44,572 nt of DNA. Origin: a virus (taxonomy: Duplodnaviria > Caudoviricetes). The stretch is taken from positions 1-44,572 of IMG/VR virus record IMGVR_UViG_3300033487_000014, one strand, 5' to 3'. Shown one piece after another: positions 1 through 7,466 of this stretch (position 1 is the stretch's first letter; each line of letters begins with the position of its first letter). The notes beneath the pieces were generated by a model. That model had not been told where the DNA came from, ran no database searches, and was given only the letters and a program-made list of their open reading frames with translations. A program made the translations under genes and the position numbers.

Positions 1-389
1 GTCAAAAGGAACGAGGACTCGGCAATATCCTCTGAAGTCTCCAAAACTCCCCTTGAGATTTCGTAAGTTTTACCAAAATTGAGGGTTTCATAGCGGACCT
101 GACACCAGGTTTTTGCATCCCGTACCCGCCCGTAAATTTTGGGTCTCACCATCCCGTGATAGAGGTGTTTTACCGACTCAATAAGCGTTTTTCCCCATTG
201 GTTTGCAGGTTTTAAGATATTTATGACCCGGTTTGAGTTTACTACCCACTTATGCTGACCCGGATGGCGGGGAACGTCAATTCCTAAGAAATTTTTAGCA
301 AAAACAGCAATAGCGTCGGGATTATCGGGTTGAATATCCCTAAAAAGCTGTAGGGCGTCTTTAATCTTCTTGTAATCGGCTTTGCTCAA
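1..389 (-). CDS. terL: Terminase large subunit, partial 5' end (variant allele of 42839-44482)
   Basis: Same frame and start as the full copy; contains Walker A ANQWGKT; only two amino-acid differences. Confidence 0.9.
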   Translation of the reverse strand, partial: MSKADYKKIKDALQLFRDIQPDNPDAIAVFAKNFLGIDVPRHPGQHKWVVNSNRVINILKPANQWGKTLIESVKHLYHGMVRPKIYGRVRDAKTWCQVRYETLNFGKTYEISRGVLETSEDIAESSFLL

Positions 390-479
390 GGACTTCTCCT
401 AGTTCTTTGACCCCAATTATCGTAGATTTACCACAATGGGGGCATTGTATGGAGGGAATAAAACCCCCAAAAAGCGAGT
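1..479. repeat. Terminal direct repeat, left copy (matches 44094-44572)
   Basis: Manual ungapped alignment at offset 44093: 24 mismatches in 1-353, identical over 354-479. Confidence 0.95.
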
Positions 480-876
480 TTACAAATCTTTCTAATGCGT
501 CTTTTTGTTTTGTGGTCTCATCCTGCTTGAGTTTGACAAGTTCTGATTGTAACCAGTCCCTAACGCTCACAGATTCCGGATTAAGAAGGATTTTTTTGAA
601 TACCCGGGTAGCCAACTCCTTTTGAATCCGGTCATATCCGACCTTCCCTTCAGCAAAATCCTGTAAAAGGTCCTTATCTTCCTTAGTGAGTCCATCCGGA
701 GGAGGTAAAAGGCGTCGTCTCTGAGCCATTTCCTGAACTAAATACTTATAAAAAGTGTCTGTGTTTGAGTAACCTGCGGCTTTATGATATTTTTTGGCAG
801 CCTCCGTACAACCATTCTCGTTTGCATAAGCAAGAATGTCCTCTCTCTCAGGTTCCGGTAGGTCCTTCCATTTCAT
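361..876 (-). CDS. Putative terminase small subunit
   Basis: Directly upstream of and overlapping terL; helical/HTH-like N-terminus and C-terminal CPHC knuckle. ATG 876 chosen because an extended -10 lies 6 nt upstream. Confidence 0.65.
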   Translation of the reverse strand: MKWKDLPEPEREDILAYANENGCTEAAKKYHKAAGYSNTDTFYKYLVQEMAQRRRLLPPPDGLTKEDKDLLQDFAEGKVGYDRIQKELATRVFKKILLNPESVSVRDWLQSELVKLKQDETTKQKDALERFVNSLFGGFIPSIQCPHCGKSTIIGVKELGEVLEQSRLQED

Positions 877-882
877 AAACGC

Positions 883-891
883 ATAATAGCA
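883..891 (-). promoter_or_regulatory. Extended -10 promoter, probably leaderless terS mRNA
   Basis: TG-C-TATTAT, 6 nt, then ATG; no Shine-Dalgarno (SD) sequence. Confidence 0.55.
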
Positions 892-931
892 CAAATTTCT
901 AAAAAATCGCCGTAAATTATTTTCTAACTAG

Positions 932-975
932 AAATAAAAACAAGAACCCCCGTATATTATTACAGGGGTTGCTTG
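932..975 (-). terminator. Intrinsic terminator
   Basis: Minus strand AACCCCUGUA-auaaua-UACGGGGGUU (one G-U pair, valid only on this strand) followed by CUUGUUUUUAUUU. Confidence 0.7.
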
Positions 976-1019
976 CATCCTACCTTTTCTCTGGTAGGAT
1001 GGGGTTATGACTTATCTAA
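934..1019 (-). ncRNA. Candidate ~85-nt antisense small RNA
   Basis: Upstream promoter (1026-1054), perfect 9-bp hairpin 976-1001 and terminator 932-975; complementary to 1655-1689. Confidence 0.55.
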
Positions 1020-1025
1020 GTTATA

Positions 1026-1054
1026 TTCATAGCAGATTCCTAGCAGAAAGTCAA
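1026..1054 (-). promoter_or_regulatory. Sigma70-type promoter for the candidate sRNA
   Basis: TTGACT-N17-TATGAA with TG extension; the -10 is imperfect. Confidence 0.5.
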
Positions 1055-1284
1055 GTGGAGTGCCAGTAACAGGTGCTCCTTTTTTGTACCTTTAAAAGAT
1101 AATATTTCTGACGTACCTACCCGTATATGGTAGCAAATGGATTTGAATTAATACACAATCGGATAATAGTGCGGTTTATTTCAATTCCGTAAGTGCCAAA
1201 TCCAACGTAATCGGGTCGGGGGGATAGTACATCGCTTTTTCTTTTTTTTTCTTTTATCTATCAATTTAATACAACAAGTATAGG

Positions 1285-1306
1285 TGCGTTAATTATGCGG
1301 TAATTA
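1285..1306. promoter_or_regulatory. Tandem 11-bp repeat, candidate protein-binding site
   Basis: TGCGTTAATTA TGCGGTAATTA; paralogous sites at 1506 and 34336. Confidence 0.6.
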
Positions 1307-1505
1307 TTCACCAAAGGTGTGAGGGCTATTACTACACACCACCCCCCTCCCCTCTTCACTTGAGCTACCCCTACCCTATGGCGGTATTATAATAGATAAC
1401 AGATGTCGTTATATTATATTGATATGTATATTATAGCAAGCAAGGGGAGAGAAAAGTAGCATACCTTTTTAATGGATATCGCCTATTACATAATCATACA
1501 GATAG

Positions 1506-1527
1506 TGCGGGAATTGTGCGGTAATTA
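1506..1527. promoter_or_regulatory. Tandem 11-bp repeat, candidate protein-binding site
   Basis: TGCGGGAATTG TGCGGTAATTA. Confidence 0.6.
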
Positions 1528-1609
1528 ATATACTACATTATCCGGATAATACATCTGTCCGGAGTAAAAACTATGGGGAAATATTTTCAGTACGAATGGT
1601 AGAAACCTA

Positions 1610-1637
1610 TTGACATTTATAGGGAAAGTGCTACAAT
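1610..1637 (+). promoter_or_regulatory. Early sigma70 promoter
   Basis: TTGACA-N16-TACAAT with TG extension. Confidence 0.75.
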
Positions 1638-1688
1638 ATTCTATATAAGACGCAAGGGGTTGCATCTTGTGAAATGGGGTGATGACTT

Positions 1689-2102
1689 ACGATACTACAA
1701 TACAATTACACAACTAAAAAACCTTATGAGGGTAGAAATCAAGTTGAACTTACCATAGCTAAAATTAATAACAATTATACGTCTGACGCTTGGTTGACCT
1801 ACTTACAAGCAAGGTCTGCCGGATTGCAGGTTGTCAAAGGTTCTCACGGGGTAAGTATCTTCAAAGGTTTTGGCAAGGTTGACGACTTAGACGATACCGG
1901 CAAGGTCAAGACTCATTCTGCCCCGTTAGGGTTTGCGAGGGTGTTTAACCTAGACCAGACTAAACCGGTTGACTTTGAGATTGAGGTTCCGGCGGAAATG
2001 TCCGGAGGGATTACCAGCCCATTCGAGCAGATTGTCGAGGGATTAAAGTTAAGAGAAGTTGAAAGCGGAGAAATACCGCTACCGGCTGGAATGTCAGACT
2101 AG
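1689..2102 (+). CDS. ArdC-like N-terminal ssDNA-binding (antirestriction-type) protein
   Basis: Frame is open upstream of the track ORF: QYNYTTKKPYEGRNQVEL...WLTYLQA...LQVVKGSHG...VFNLDQT, typical of ArdC-N. Start appears non-canonical (ACG 1689 or ATA 1692) after SD GGGGTGA. Confidence 0.75.
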   Translation, partial: TILQYNYTTKKPYEGRNQVELTIAKINNNYTSDAWLTYLQARSAGLQVVKGSHGVSIFKGFGKVDDLDDTGKVKTHSAPLGFARVFNLDQTKPVDFEIEVPAEMSGGITSPFEQIVEGLKLREVESGEIPLPAGMSD

Positions 2103-2154
2103 CCGTTTTATAGTGCCGGCATTGAGCAGATACCGGCATTATTAAGACGGGATA
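2100..2154 (+). other. Long intergenic RNA hairpin
   Basis: CCGTTTTA-TAGTGCCGG ... CCGGCATTA-T-TAAGACGG with G-U pairs on the + strand. Confidence 0.6.
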
Positions 2155-2227
2155 GTTATCAACTAGGGTTATTTTAAAAGCTCACCGGTCATTGTAGAGT
2201 GCCGGATTTAGCGGAAATGGGAAAATA

Positions 2228-2317
2228 ATGGCATTACAGATATGTATTGAGATTTTAATATTAACGTGGTTAGTCTTTGAAATTATAGACGAATTGAGGG
2301 GAGATGATAAAAAATGA
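2228..2317 (+). CDS. Small membrane peptide (29 aa)
   Basis: MALQICIEILILTWLVFEIIDELRGDDKK; stop overlaps the next start (ATGA). Confidence 0.55.
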   Translation: MALQICIEILILTWLVFEIIDELRGDDKK

Positions 2318-2637
2318 AATTATTAACTAAAGAGATTTTACAGCAGTTTGAAAAGACCGGCTCACAAGAGGGTACAAAAGACCCGCTAGTAATAGCGAAG
2401 TTTTTCAACCCCGCCGGTGCTGGTACTTGGTATGCTACGGAGTATATACCACAAGACCGGACATTTTTCGGATATGTTTCACTATTCGGAGATTACAACG
2501 ACGAGTGGGGTTATTTTAGTTTAGACGAGCTGGAGGGATACAAAGGTCAATGGGGTTTGGGTATTGAGCGGGATATATACGGGAGCGGTAAGAGATTGAG
2601 CGAGTATAAAATTAATAGTTTGAAAGGTGGTGAGTAA
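2314..2637 (+). CDS. DUF2958-family protein
   Basis: KFFNPAGAGTWYATEY...FFGYV...EWGYFSLDEL...IERD pattern. Confidence 0.8.
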   Translation: MKLLTKEILQQFEKTGSQEGTKDPLVIAKFFNPAGAGTWYATEYIPQDRTFFGYVSLFGDYNDEWGYFSLDELEGYKGQWGLGIERDIYGSGKRLSEYKINSLKGGE

Positions 2638-2640
2638 ATA

Positions 2641-3099
2641 ATGAGCGGAATTATTAGTAAATATTTTAAGCCGGCGAGGGGTCAGTTTGATAGGGTTATC
2701 GAGTGCGGGGATTATATTTCTAACGGTTTTATTGCCATTAGAAAAGAGTTTGCAGGGTCAATGTGTAAGCCGTTTTATTCTGCATACCTAGAAAAAAAAG
2801 ACGCTGGAGAAACAAGCTGTATTGAGTCCGGCAAGATTGAGCAGTTAATACCGGAACAGCTTATAGAGGGCAAGTTAACTAACAGAATTGTCTTGGATTA
2901 TGCCCTAGCTAAAGTCGAGATTGTAGCAAAGCCGGAGGAGGGTTGGGAGCTGAAAGTCTATCTTGACGCTAGGTATGCAGGGATATTCGAGAATTATACC
3001 CCGTTAGTTAGTCCGGTTGATAGTGATACAAAGCCGGTTGTTTACAAGTCCGGTGATGTAATTGTCGGTATTGTAATGCCGATAAAAGTTGAAAATTGA
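2641..3099 (+). CDS. Hypothetical protein with sliding-clamp-like C-terminal motif
   Basis: SD GGTGGTGA; SNGFIAIR near the start and VGIVMPIK at the end. Confidence 0.6.
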   Translation: MSGIISKYFKPARGQFDRVIECGDYISNGFIAIRKEFAGSMCKPFYSAYLEKKDAGETSCIESGKIEQLIPEQLIEGKLTNRIVLDYALAKVEIVAKPEEGWELKVYLDARYAGIFENYTPLVSPVDSDTKPVVYKSGDVIVGIVMPIKVEN

Positions 3100-3110
3100 A
3101 AGGGGGTTAA

Positions 3111-3239
3111 ATGAACCGAAGAGCCATAATTGCTATGTTGCGGGAATGTGGACGGGATGTAACTATCGCTTGTTGGGGCGAAACAAGAGTCCGGAACGCC
3201 GTAAGATATCAGAGGGCAAAAGGTCTTATGACTTACTAG
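3111..3239 (+). CDS. Hypothetical protein (42 aa)
   Basis: SD GGGGGT then ATG; MNRRAIIAMLRECGRD...LMTY; ends at a hairpin. Preferred over track ORF 3089-3289. Confidence 0.5.
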   Translation: MNRRAIIAMLRECGRDVTIACWGETRVRNAVRYQRAKGLMTY

Positions 3240-3292
3240 CCGTTTGGTGCTGTCCGTTATTCAAGCGGGTAACGGATGGCATTAAATGACTA
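3237..3292 (+). other. Long intergenic RNA hairpin
   Basis: 25 of 26 positions pair (many G-U) around an AAGC loop. Confidence 0.7.
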
Positions 3293-3318
3293 AATTAAAT
3301 TGAAAGGTGGTGATGGTA

Positions 3319-3564
3319 GTGAAAGCAGTAGTAAGAATAGACTACAGAATAAACGAACACGAAGAATGGGAAAACGAAGAGTTGTTTGACGATATAGAAA
3401 GGGCATTGGAGTTCTACGAACAGCTAGACGGCTCACGGGTAGATTTTGACGGAGCTACGGATATACAAATCAGTTTAACAAGAGCCAACCCCGATAACCT
3501 ATATCACGAAGATGACGGCTCACTAAACTACGAAGATAACAGCACGTTATATACAGACAAGTGA
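3319..3564 (+). CDS. Acidic hypothetical protein
   Basis: ORF with SD GGTGGTGA; GTG start inferred from spacing. Confidence 0.65.
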   Translation: MKAVVRIDYRINEHEEWENEELFDDIERALEFYEQLDGSRVDFDGATDIQISLTRANPDNLYHEDDGSLNYEDNSTLYTDK

Positions 3565-3596
3565 GGTTATAAATTAAATTAAAGGAGGTGATTACA

Positions 3597-4142
3597 ATGG
3601 GACTTGATATGTATTTGCATAGAAAAACCTATGTTAAAAATTGGGAACATATGAAACCGGAAGAACTACATAGTGTGTTGGTTAAAAAGGGCGGTGAGGT
3701 CAGAGAGGATATTGCTCCGGCAAAGGTAAGCGAGGTTGTTGAGGAGTTTGGTTATTGGAGAAAAGCTAACGCAATTCATAATTGGTTTGTTGAGAATGTT
3801 CAAGATGGGGAAGATGATTGTAAAGAGTACAGCGTAAGTGAGGAAGATTTGAAAGAGCTTTTGAGTGTGGTTAATACGGTACTTGACGCATCAGAGTTGA
3901 TTGACGGCGATGTGGTTAATGGCTACAAAGGCACAGCAGAGGGCTGGAAACCTTGCCTCGAAAAGGGAAAGACTATTAAAAATCCAGCCGTGGCGAAGAA
4001 ATTACTACCGGTAACGGAGGGGTTTTTCTTTGGTTCTACAGATTACGACCAGTGGTATTACGGGGAGCTAGTAGAGACCAAGAAAATCCTAGAAGAGGCA
4101 TTAAAAGCTGGCGGTGATTTCTATTATGAGAGTAGTTGGTAG
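3597..4142 (+). CDS. Conserved phage protein (MGLDMYL / YWRKANAIHNWF family)
   Basis: MGLDMYL...YWRKANAIHNWF...GFFFGS..YD..Y...YESSW; SD AGGAGGTGA. Confidence 0.8.
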   Translation: MGLDMYLHRKTYVKNWEHMKPEELHSVLVKKGGEVREDIAPAKVSEVVEEFGYWRKANAIHNWFVENVQDGEDDCKEYSVSEEDLKELLSVVNTVLDASELIDGDVVNGYKGTAEGWKPCLEKGKTIKNPAVAKKLLPVTEGFFFGSTDYDQWYYGELVETKKILEEALKAGGDFYYESSW

Positions 4143-4191
4143 GACTTGCGTTGTAATGTAAAAAATTGCAAGTGTAAGGAGGTGAAAGCAA

Positions 4192-4503
4192 GTGTGGTTC
4201 TGTAAAGAATGTAAATATACAACTGAATGGACTATGAAAGATGTTGAGAATAGAGGAACACCGGTTTGTCTGGAGTGTGATGTGGATATGAACTGGATTG
4301 ATACAGAGATTTGTTACGAGTGTGGACGGAGTGTTAAAGGTGGGTCGGGGCGGTTTGCTAACAGAATACCATCTCTTGATAGCTACGAAGAGCGGGTTGA
4401 TATGGGCGTACAGTATCCGGAGGGGGAATGGCTTTGTGATGAGTGCGACCAGCACGCACAGGATGGGGACGAGGAATATTTTAGCAAGTTTACTAGGGAA
4501 TAG
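4192..4503 (+). CDS. Cys-rich putative zinc-binding protein
   Basis: Four CxxC pairs; SD AGGAGGTGA. Confidence 0.7.
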   Translation: MWFCKECKYTTEWTMKDVENRGTPVCLECDVDMNWIDTEICYECGRSVKGGSGRFANRIPSLDSYEERVDMGVQYPEGEWLCDECDQHAQDGDEEYFSKFTRE

Positions 4504-4578
4504 GTTGGCGGGTGGGGGTTTGTGTTCGCTAATCGGCAAGCCCTCACCATATAAATTACGGTTAGCAGAAAGGGGTTT

Positions 4579-5010
4579 ATGACCAAAATGCTTAATGTAA
4601 CAGAGTATGAGTTAAAGACCTACACTGGGTATTTAGACAGCTTGTGGGAAGAATACAACGGCAAGACCGGCGAGCAACCGTTTAGTATTACTAAACTGGA
4701 AACCGGCGGGTATGTGTTTGACCTTGACGAAGAGTTTGAAGAGTTTGCCAAAGATACTGACCACGATTGCCGAACACCGCAAGGGCAAGGGTGTAGTTTT
4801 TGTTATTTCTTGCAGGAAATTGGGGTACTGCCGGATTATGATTACTACCCTGATGACCGAGATGATGTAGAGCCGGAAGATGAGGGCGGACACCCTAATT
4901 CCGAGTATTTAGCGGGTAAAGCAGAGGAGATAAGAGACGCTATGAGGGAAAATGGCGACCCGAGGGGTTATCAGAAAGGGGGCGATAATAATGACGGAAA
5001 AATTAGCTAA
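4579..5010 (+). CDS. Acidic hypothetical protein
   Basis: ORF with SD AGGGG; HDC...GCSFC motif. Confidence 0.65.
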   Translation: MTKMLNVTEYELKTYTGYLDSLWEEYNGKTGEQPFSITKLETGGYVFDLDEEFEEFAKDTDHDCRTPQGQGCSFCYFLQEIGVLPDYDYYPDDRDDVEPEDEGGHPNSEYLAGKAEEIRDAMRENGDPRGYQKGGDNNDGKIS

Positions 5011-5158
5011 ATGGGTTGTAAAGGATTTGAGAGCGATAGAACGGGCATTGTTGTTAAATAACCTCATACATTGGGCTATAGCAAACTTAGAGGGGCAATA
5101 TATGAAGGATTTTGTTGATACTGTAAATAAGTTCAAAAGAGAAACGGAGGAAAAATGA
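4991..5158 (+). CDS. Hypothetical protein
   Basis: SD GGGGGCGA then ATG; coupled to the next gene. Confidence 0.55.
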   Translation: MTEKLAKWVVKDLRAIERALLLNNLIHWAIANLEGQYMKDFVDTVNKFKRETEEK

Positions 5159-5343
5159 GTAAATGGTTTGTGATGGTGTTTGCCGTATTAAGTGGGTTTC
5201 TGTTTTGTTGGGATTGTGTTTTGTTAAGTATAGTTTCACAGCAGGAACGTACTATTGAGGAGCTACAAAATACAATTCAGTTACTCAACAGAGATAAAGA
5301 ACAGACTCCTTATGGGGAATTACTTATGAGGAGGTTAGCGTGA
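5155..5343 (+). CDS. Membrane-anchored coiled-coil protein
   Basis: Hydrophobic N-terminus and heptad-like C-terminus; SD GGAGG. Confidence 0.6.
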   Translation: MSKWFVMVFAVLSGFLFCWDCVLLSIVSQQERTIEELQNTIQLLNRDKEQTPYGELLMRRLA

Positions 5344-5411
5344 TTGACTATATTTTAGCAGGGGGTTTTATAGGTTTGATGATAATGCTTCTTATCATCG
5401 GAAAGGACTAA
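5340..5411 (+). CDS. Small membrane peptide (23 aa)
   Basis: SD GGAGGT then GTG; MIDYILAGGFIGLMIMLLIIGKD. Confidence 0.5.
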   Translation: MIDYILAGGFIGLMIMLLIIGKD

Positions 5412-5573
5412 ATGACAATGCTAGAACTTGAAGCCATTACCGCATTGATTTTCTCGTTTCGTGAGGCGATGGACGAGATTGGGGTAGAACCTGAAAAGGT
5501 TACAAAAGTGTTAGAGTTAGTGAACGAGAAATTAAAGGTAAAATTGGAGGAGGTAAAAAATAATGAAATATGA
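5412..5573 (+). CDS. Hypothetical protein (53 aa)
   Basis: SD AAGGA; fills the gap between neighbours. Confidence 0.55.
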   Translation: MTMLELEAITALIFSFREAMDEIGVEPEKVTKVLELVNEKLKVKLEEVKNNEI

Positions 5574-5949
5574 ACCGAAGGACATCTTAATAGGACTGGG
5601 TAAAGCCCGTATTGACGCCTATAATCACAAGTTAGAGGCTGATGGGATTTACTATGAGGCGGAGGAAAAGTTTAAGGCTATGAAAGCTGATGTAATGCTC
5701 TCCAACGCAGTATCCGGTTTGGGTAGCAGGGAAATGAGGGAGGCACAGGCTGACCTCGTGCTGTCTAATATGGACGGCTACAAAGACTACCTTGTAAAGA
5801 AACTGGCAAGCAAGCGTGCTTATGAGCGACAGGCTATGATAGGCGACCTTATAGGGATTGCCAAGACTCTCGCTAACGGGAGTATGTTGGATAGGGACGC
5901 CGGAGCTTTGTTGGAGGGAATAGATGAGAAAACAGTGGAAAGGGACTAG
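5563..5949 (+). CDS. Helical hypothetical protein
   Basis: SD GGAGGAGG; 128-aa ORF. Confidence 0.7.
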   Translation: MKYEPKDILIGLGKARIDAYNHKLEADGIYYEAEEKFKAMKADVMLSNAVSGLGSREMREAQADLVLSNMDGYKDYLVKKLASKRAYERQAMIGDLIGIAKTLANGSMLDRDAGALLEGIDEKTVERD

Positions 5950-6118
5950 AAAAAAGCTGGACGCCATCGTCTTTCTCTATTCAGAGGGCTTGAACAGTAC
6001 GCAGATACAGAAACAGCTCAAAATCCCGAGTTCTTCGTATTGGCGTATCCTTGCCGACGGTGGCGGTATGCCCATTTGGGCTAGAATGGACCACTTTAGG
6101 AAGTTAGGTAAGATTTGA
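5924..6118 (+). CDS. Small helix-turn-helix protein
   Basis: LYSEGLNSTQIQKQLKIPSSSYWRIL HTH pattern. Confidence 0.6.
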   Translation: MRKQWKGTRKKLDAIVFLYSEGLNSTQIQKQLKIPSSSYWRILADGGGMPIWARMDHFRKLGKI

Positions 6119-6143
6119 CAAAACAGGCTATATAGGATACTAT
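6115..6143 (+). promoter_or_regulatory. Sigma70 promoter, probably leaderless
   Basis: TTGACA-N17-TACTAT; ATG 8 nt downstream; no SD. Confidence 0.75.
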
Positions 6144-6151
6144 GTATCATA

Positions 6152-6415
6152 ATGAAGAAGAAACACAGACCGACACAGATAGTATCTTTTGAGGACGCTC
6201 CGGATTGGCTACTGGCATCTCAGGTTATGCGGTATTTGGGCGTTTCCAAGATGACTGTTTATCATCTGATGGAACAGGGAGTTATAAAGGCAATACTGGT
6301 TAACCGTCCCAATGCGTTACGGGTTAGTTATCGTTTCTCTAAGGAGGACGTAGAAAAGATAAGGGGTAAGCAATTATACTTTGCCGGTGGGAAGATGAGA
6401 GCTTACGAAAAGTAA
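6152..6415 (+). CDS. Excisionase-like (HTH_17/MerR-like) DNA-binding protein
   Basis: WLLASQVMRYLGVSKMTVYHLMEQGVIKA...YRFSKEDV. Confidence 0.75.
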   Translation: MKKKHRPTQIVSFEDAPDWLLASQVMRYLGVSKMTVYHLMEQGVIKAILVNRPNALRVSYRFSKEDVEKIRGKQLYFAGGKMRAYEK

Positions 6416-6693
6416 TGCCGTTAAATAAATCTACAAGCGTGGTGGCTAATAAACACTGGTTAAAGAACGGCAAGAGGTTCTTTGTAATGTGCAAGACGGC
6501 AGGGCTAGATGGGGAGAATACAAAGACCTATTACGAAAATCTACTGGGAGTCCATCACCTAAAGGATTTTAGTGAGTCGCAGTGGGATTATATCTTCGAC
6601 GAGTTGGAGTACGAGATTAAAAAGAAAGCGGAAGAGGACGGGGTTTTATTTGCTAAAGATTTAACAGAAGCGATGAACGCTGTACTAAATTAA
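6415..6693 (+). CDS. Hypothetical protein
   Basis: Coupled ORF (TAATG). Confidence 0.65.
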   Translation: MPLNKSTSVVANKHWLKNGKRFFVMCKTAGLDGENTKTYYENLLGVHHLKDFSESQWDYIFDELEYEIKKKAEEDGVLFAKDLTEAMNAVLN

Positions 6694-6712
6694 GTTTAAG
6701 AAAGGACGAAAT

Positions 6713-7273
6713 ATGCCTATAAGTGCAACACAGTCCGTTGTTAAAAACGAGGGTACTGGGTTTACGCCGGTTCCACAAGGCGTGTATGATGTAGAGATTG
6801 TGGATATCAATTTTAAGCCCAAAGAGGAGCAGAAACCGGGCAAGTTTGAGCCTAAAGATAAGTATTACATTACTTTAGGAATACTCAATGAGGGGGAATA
6901 CCGTGGGAAAGCTCTCACGCATTTTGTCTCCACATCTTACAATGCCGGCTTTAGTGGTGGTCAATCTTCTAAACTTTACGACCTTGCTTGTGCGGTAATG
7001 GATATAAAGTTAGACGATAAAGAAGAATTGGACCTAAATACCTTAGTTGGCGGGACGTTTATGATTGTGGTTAAGGATAAGAGCACGGCTGATGGTAAGG
7101 TTTTCAGTAACATCGCCGAGGTTATGAGTCTAACTAAAGGTAAGACCGTCAAACACTTAACAGAAGAGGAATTAAAGGCTTGTATGCCTAAATCCGGAGA
7201 TGATGTGTCTGATATTCCATTAGACCTGCCGGACCTAAATCCCACTTTGGGGAAAGTCAGTAAGAAGAAATAG
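6713..7273 (+). CDS. Putative phage ssDNA-binding protein (DUF669-like OB fold)
   Basis: FTPVPQGVYDVEIVD...LVG...VFSNI with acidic DDVSDIP tail. Confidence 0.65.
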   Translation: MPISATQSVVKNEGTGFTPVPQGVYDVEIVDINFKPKEEQKPGKFEPKDKYYITLGILNEGEYRGKALTHFVSTSYNAGFSGGQSSKLYDLACAVMDIKLDDKEELDLNTLVGGTFMIVVKDKSTADGKVFSNIAEVMSLTKGKTVKHLTEEELKACMPKSGDDVSDIPLDLPDLNPTLGKVSKKK

Positions 7274-7466
7274 TATTTCTATCCAGCCTCCCGCACTGTC
7301 GGAGGTTGGGTTAGGGACATTATTGAGAGCAGAATGGGGGACGGAAATAACAATCGACTCAACTCTTTTGGGCAGGTCCGTCTCCCATCCTGAACTTGAT
7401 TTGTAGGTATGTCCCCTCTTACCGGACGGGCTACTACCCGCCTAGTAATAAGGGATATGCCCACAA
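7271..7466 (+). other. Three consecutive long RNA hairpins
   Basis: CCAGCCTCC/GGAGGTTGG; ATGGGGGACGGA/TCCGTCTCCCAT; GGTATGTCCC/GGGATATGCC. Confidence 0.6.

Noticed and set aside
1-353. Diversity-generating retroelement template/variable repeat pair (1-353 vs 44094-44446)
   Set aside because: Mismatches are mostly synonymous third positions, not adenine-specific, and no reverse transcriptase is present.
2607-3591. Repeated TAAATTAAATT(G/A)AAGG(T/A)GGTGA as a mobile or recombination repeat
   Set aside because: Explained by an A/U-rich translational enhancer plus SD ahead of early genes.
6152-6415. Prophage integration/excision module
   Set aside because: The excisionase-like HTH has no accompanying integrase, att site or host flank.
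7271-7466. tRNA genes
   Set aside because: Simple long hairpins; no cloverleaf or T-loop consensus.
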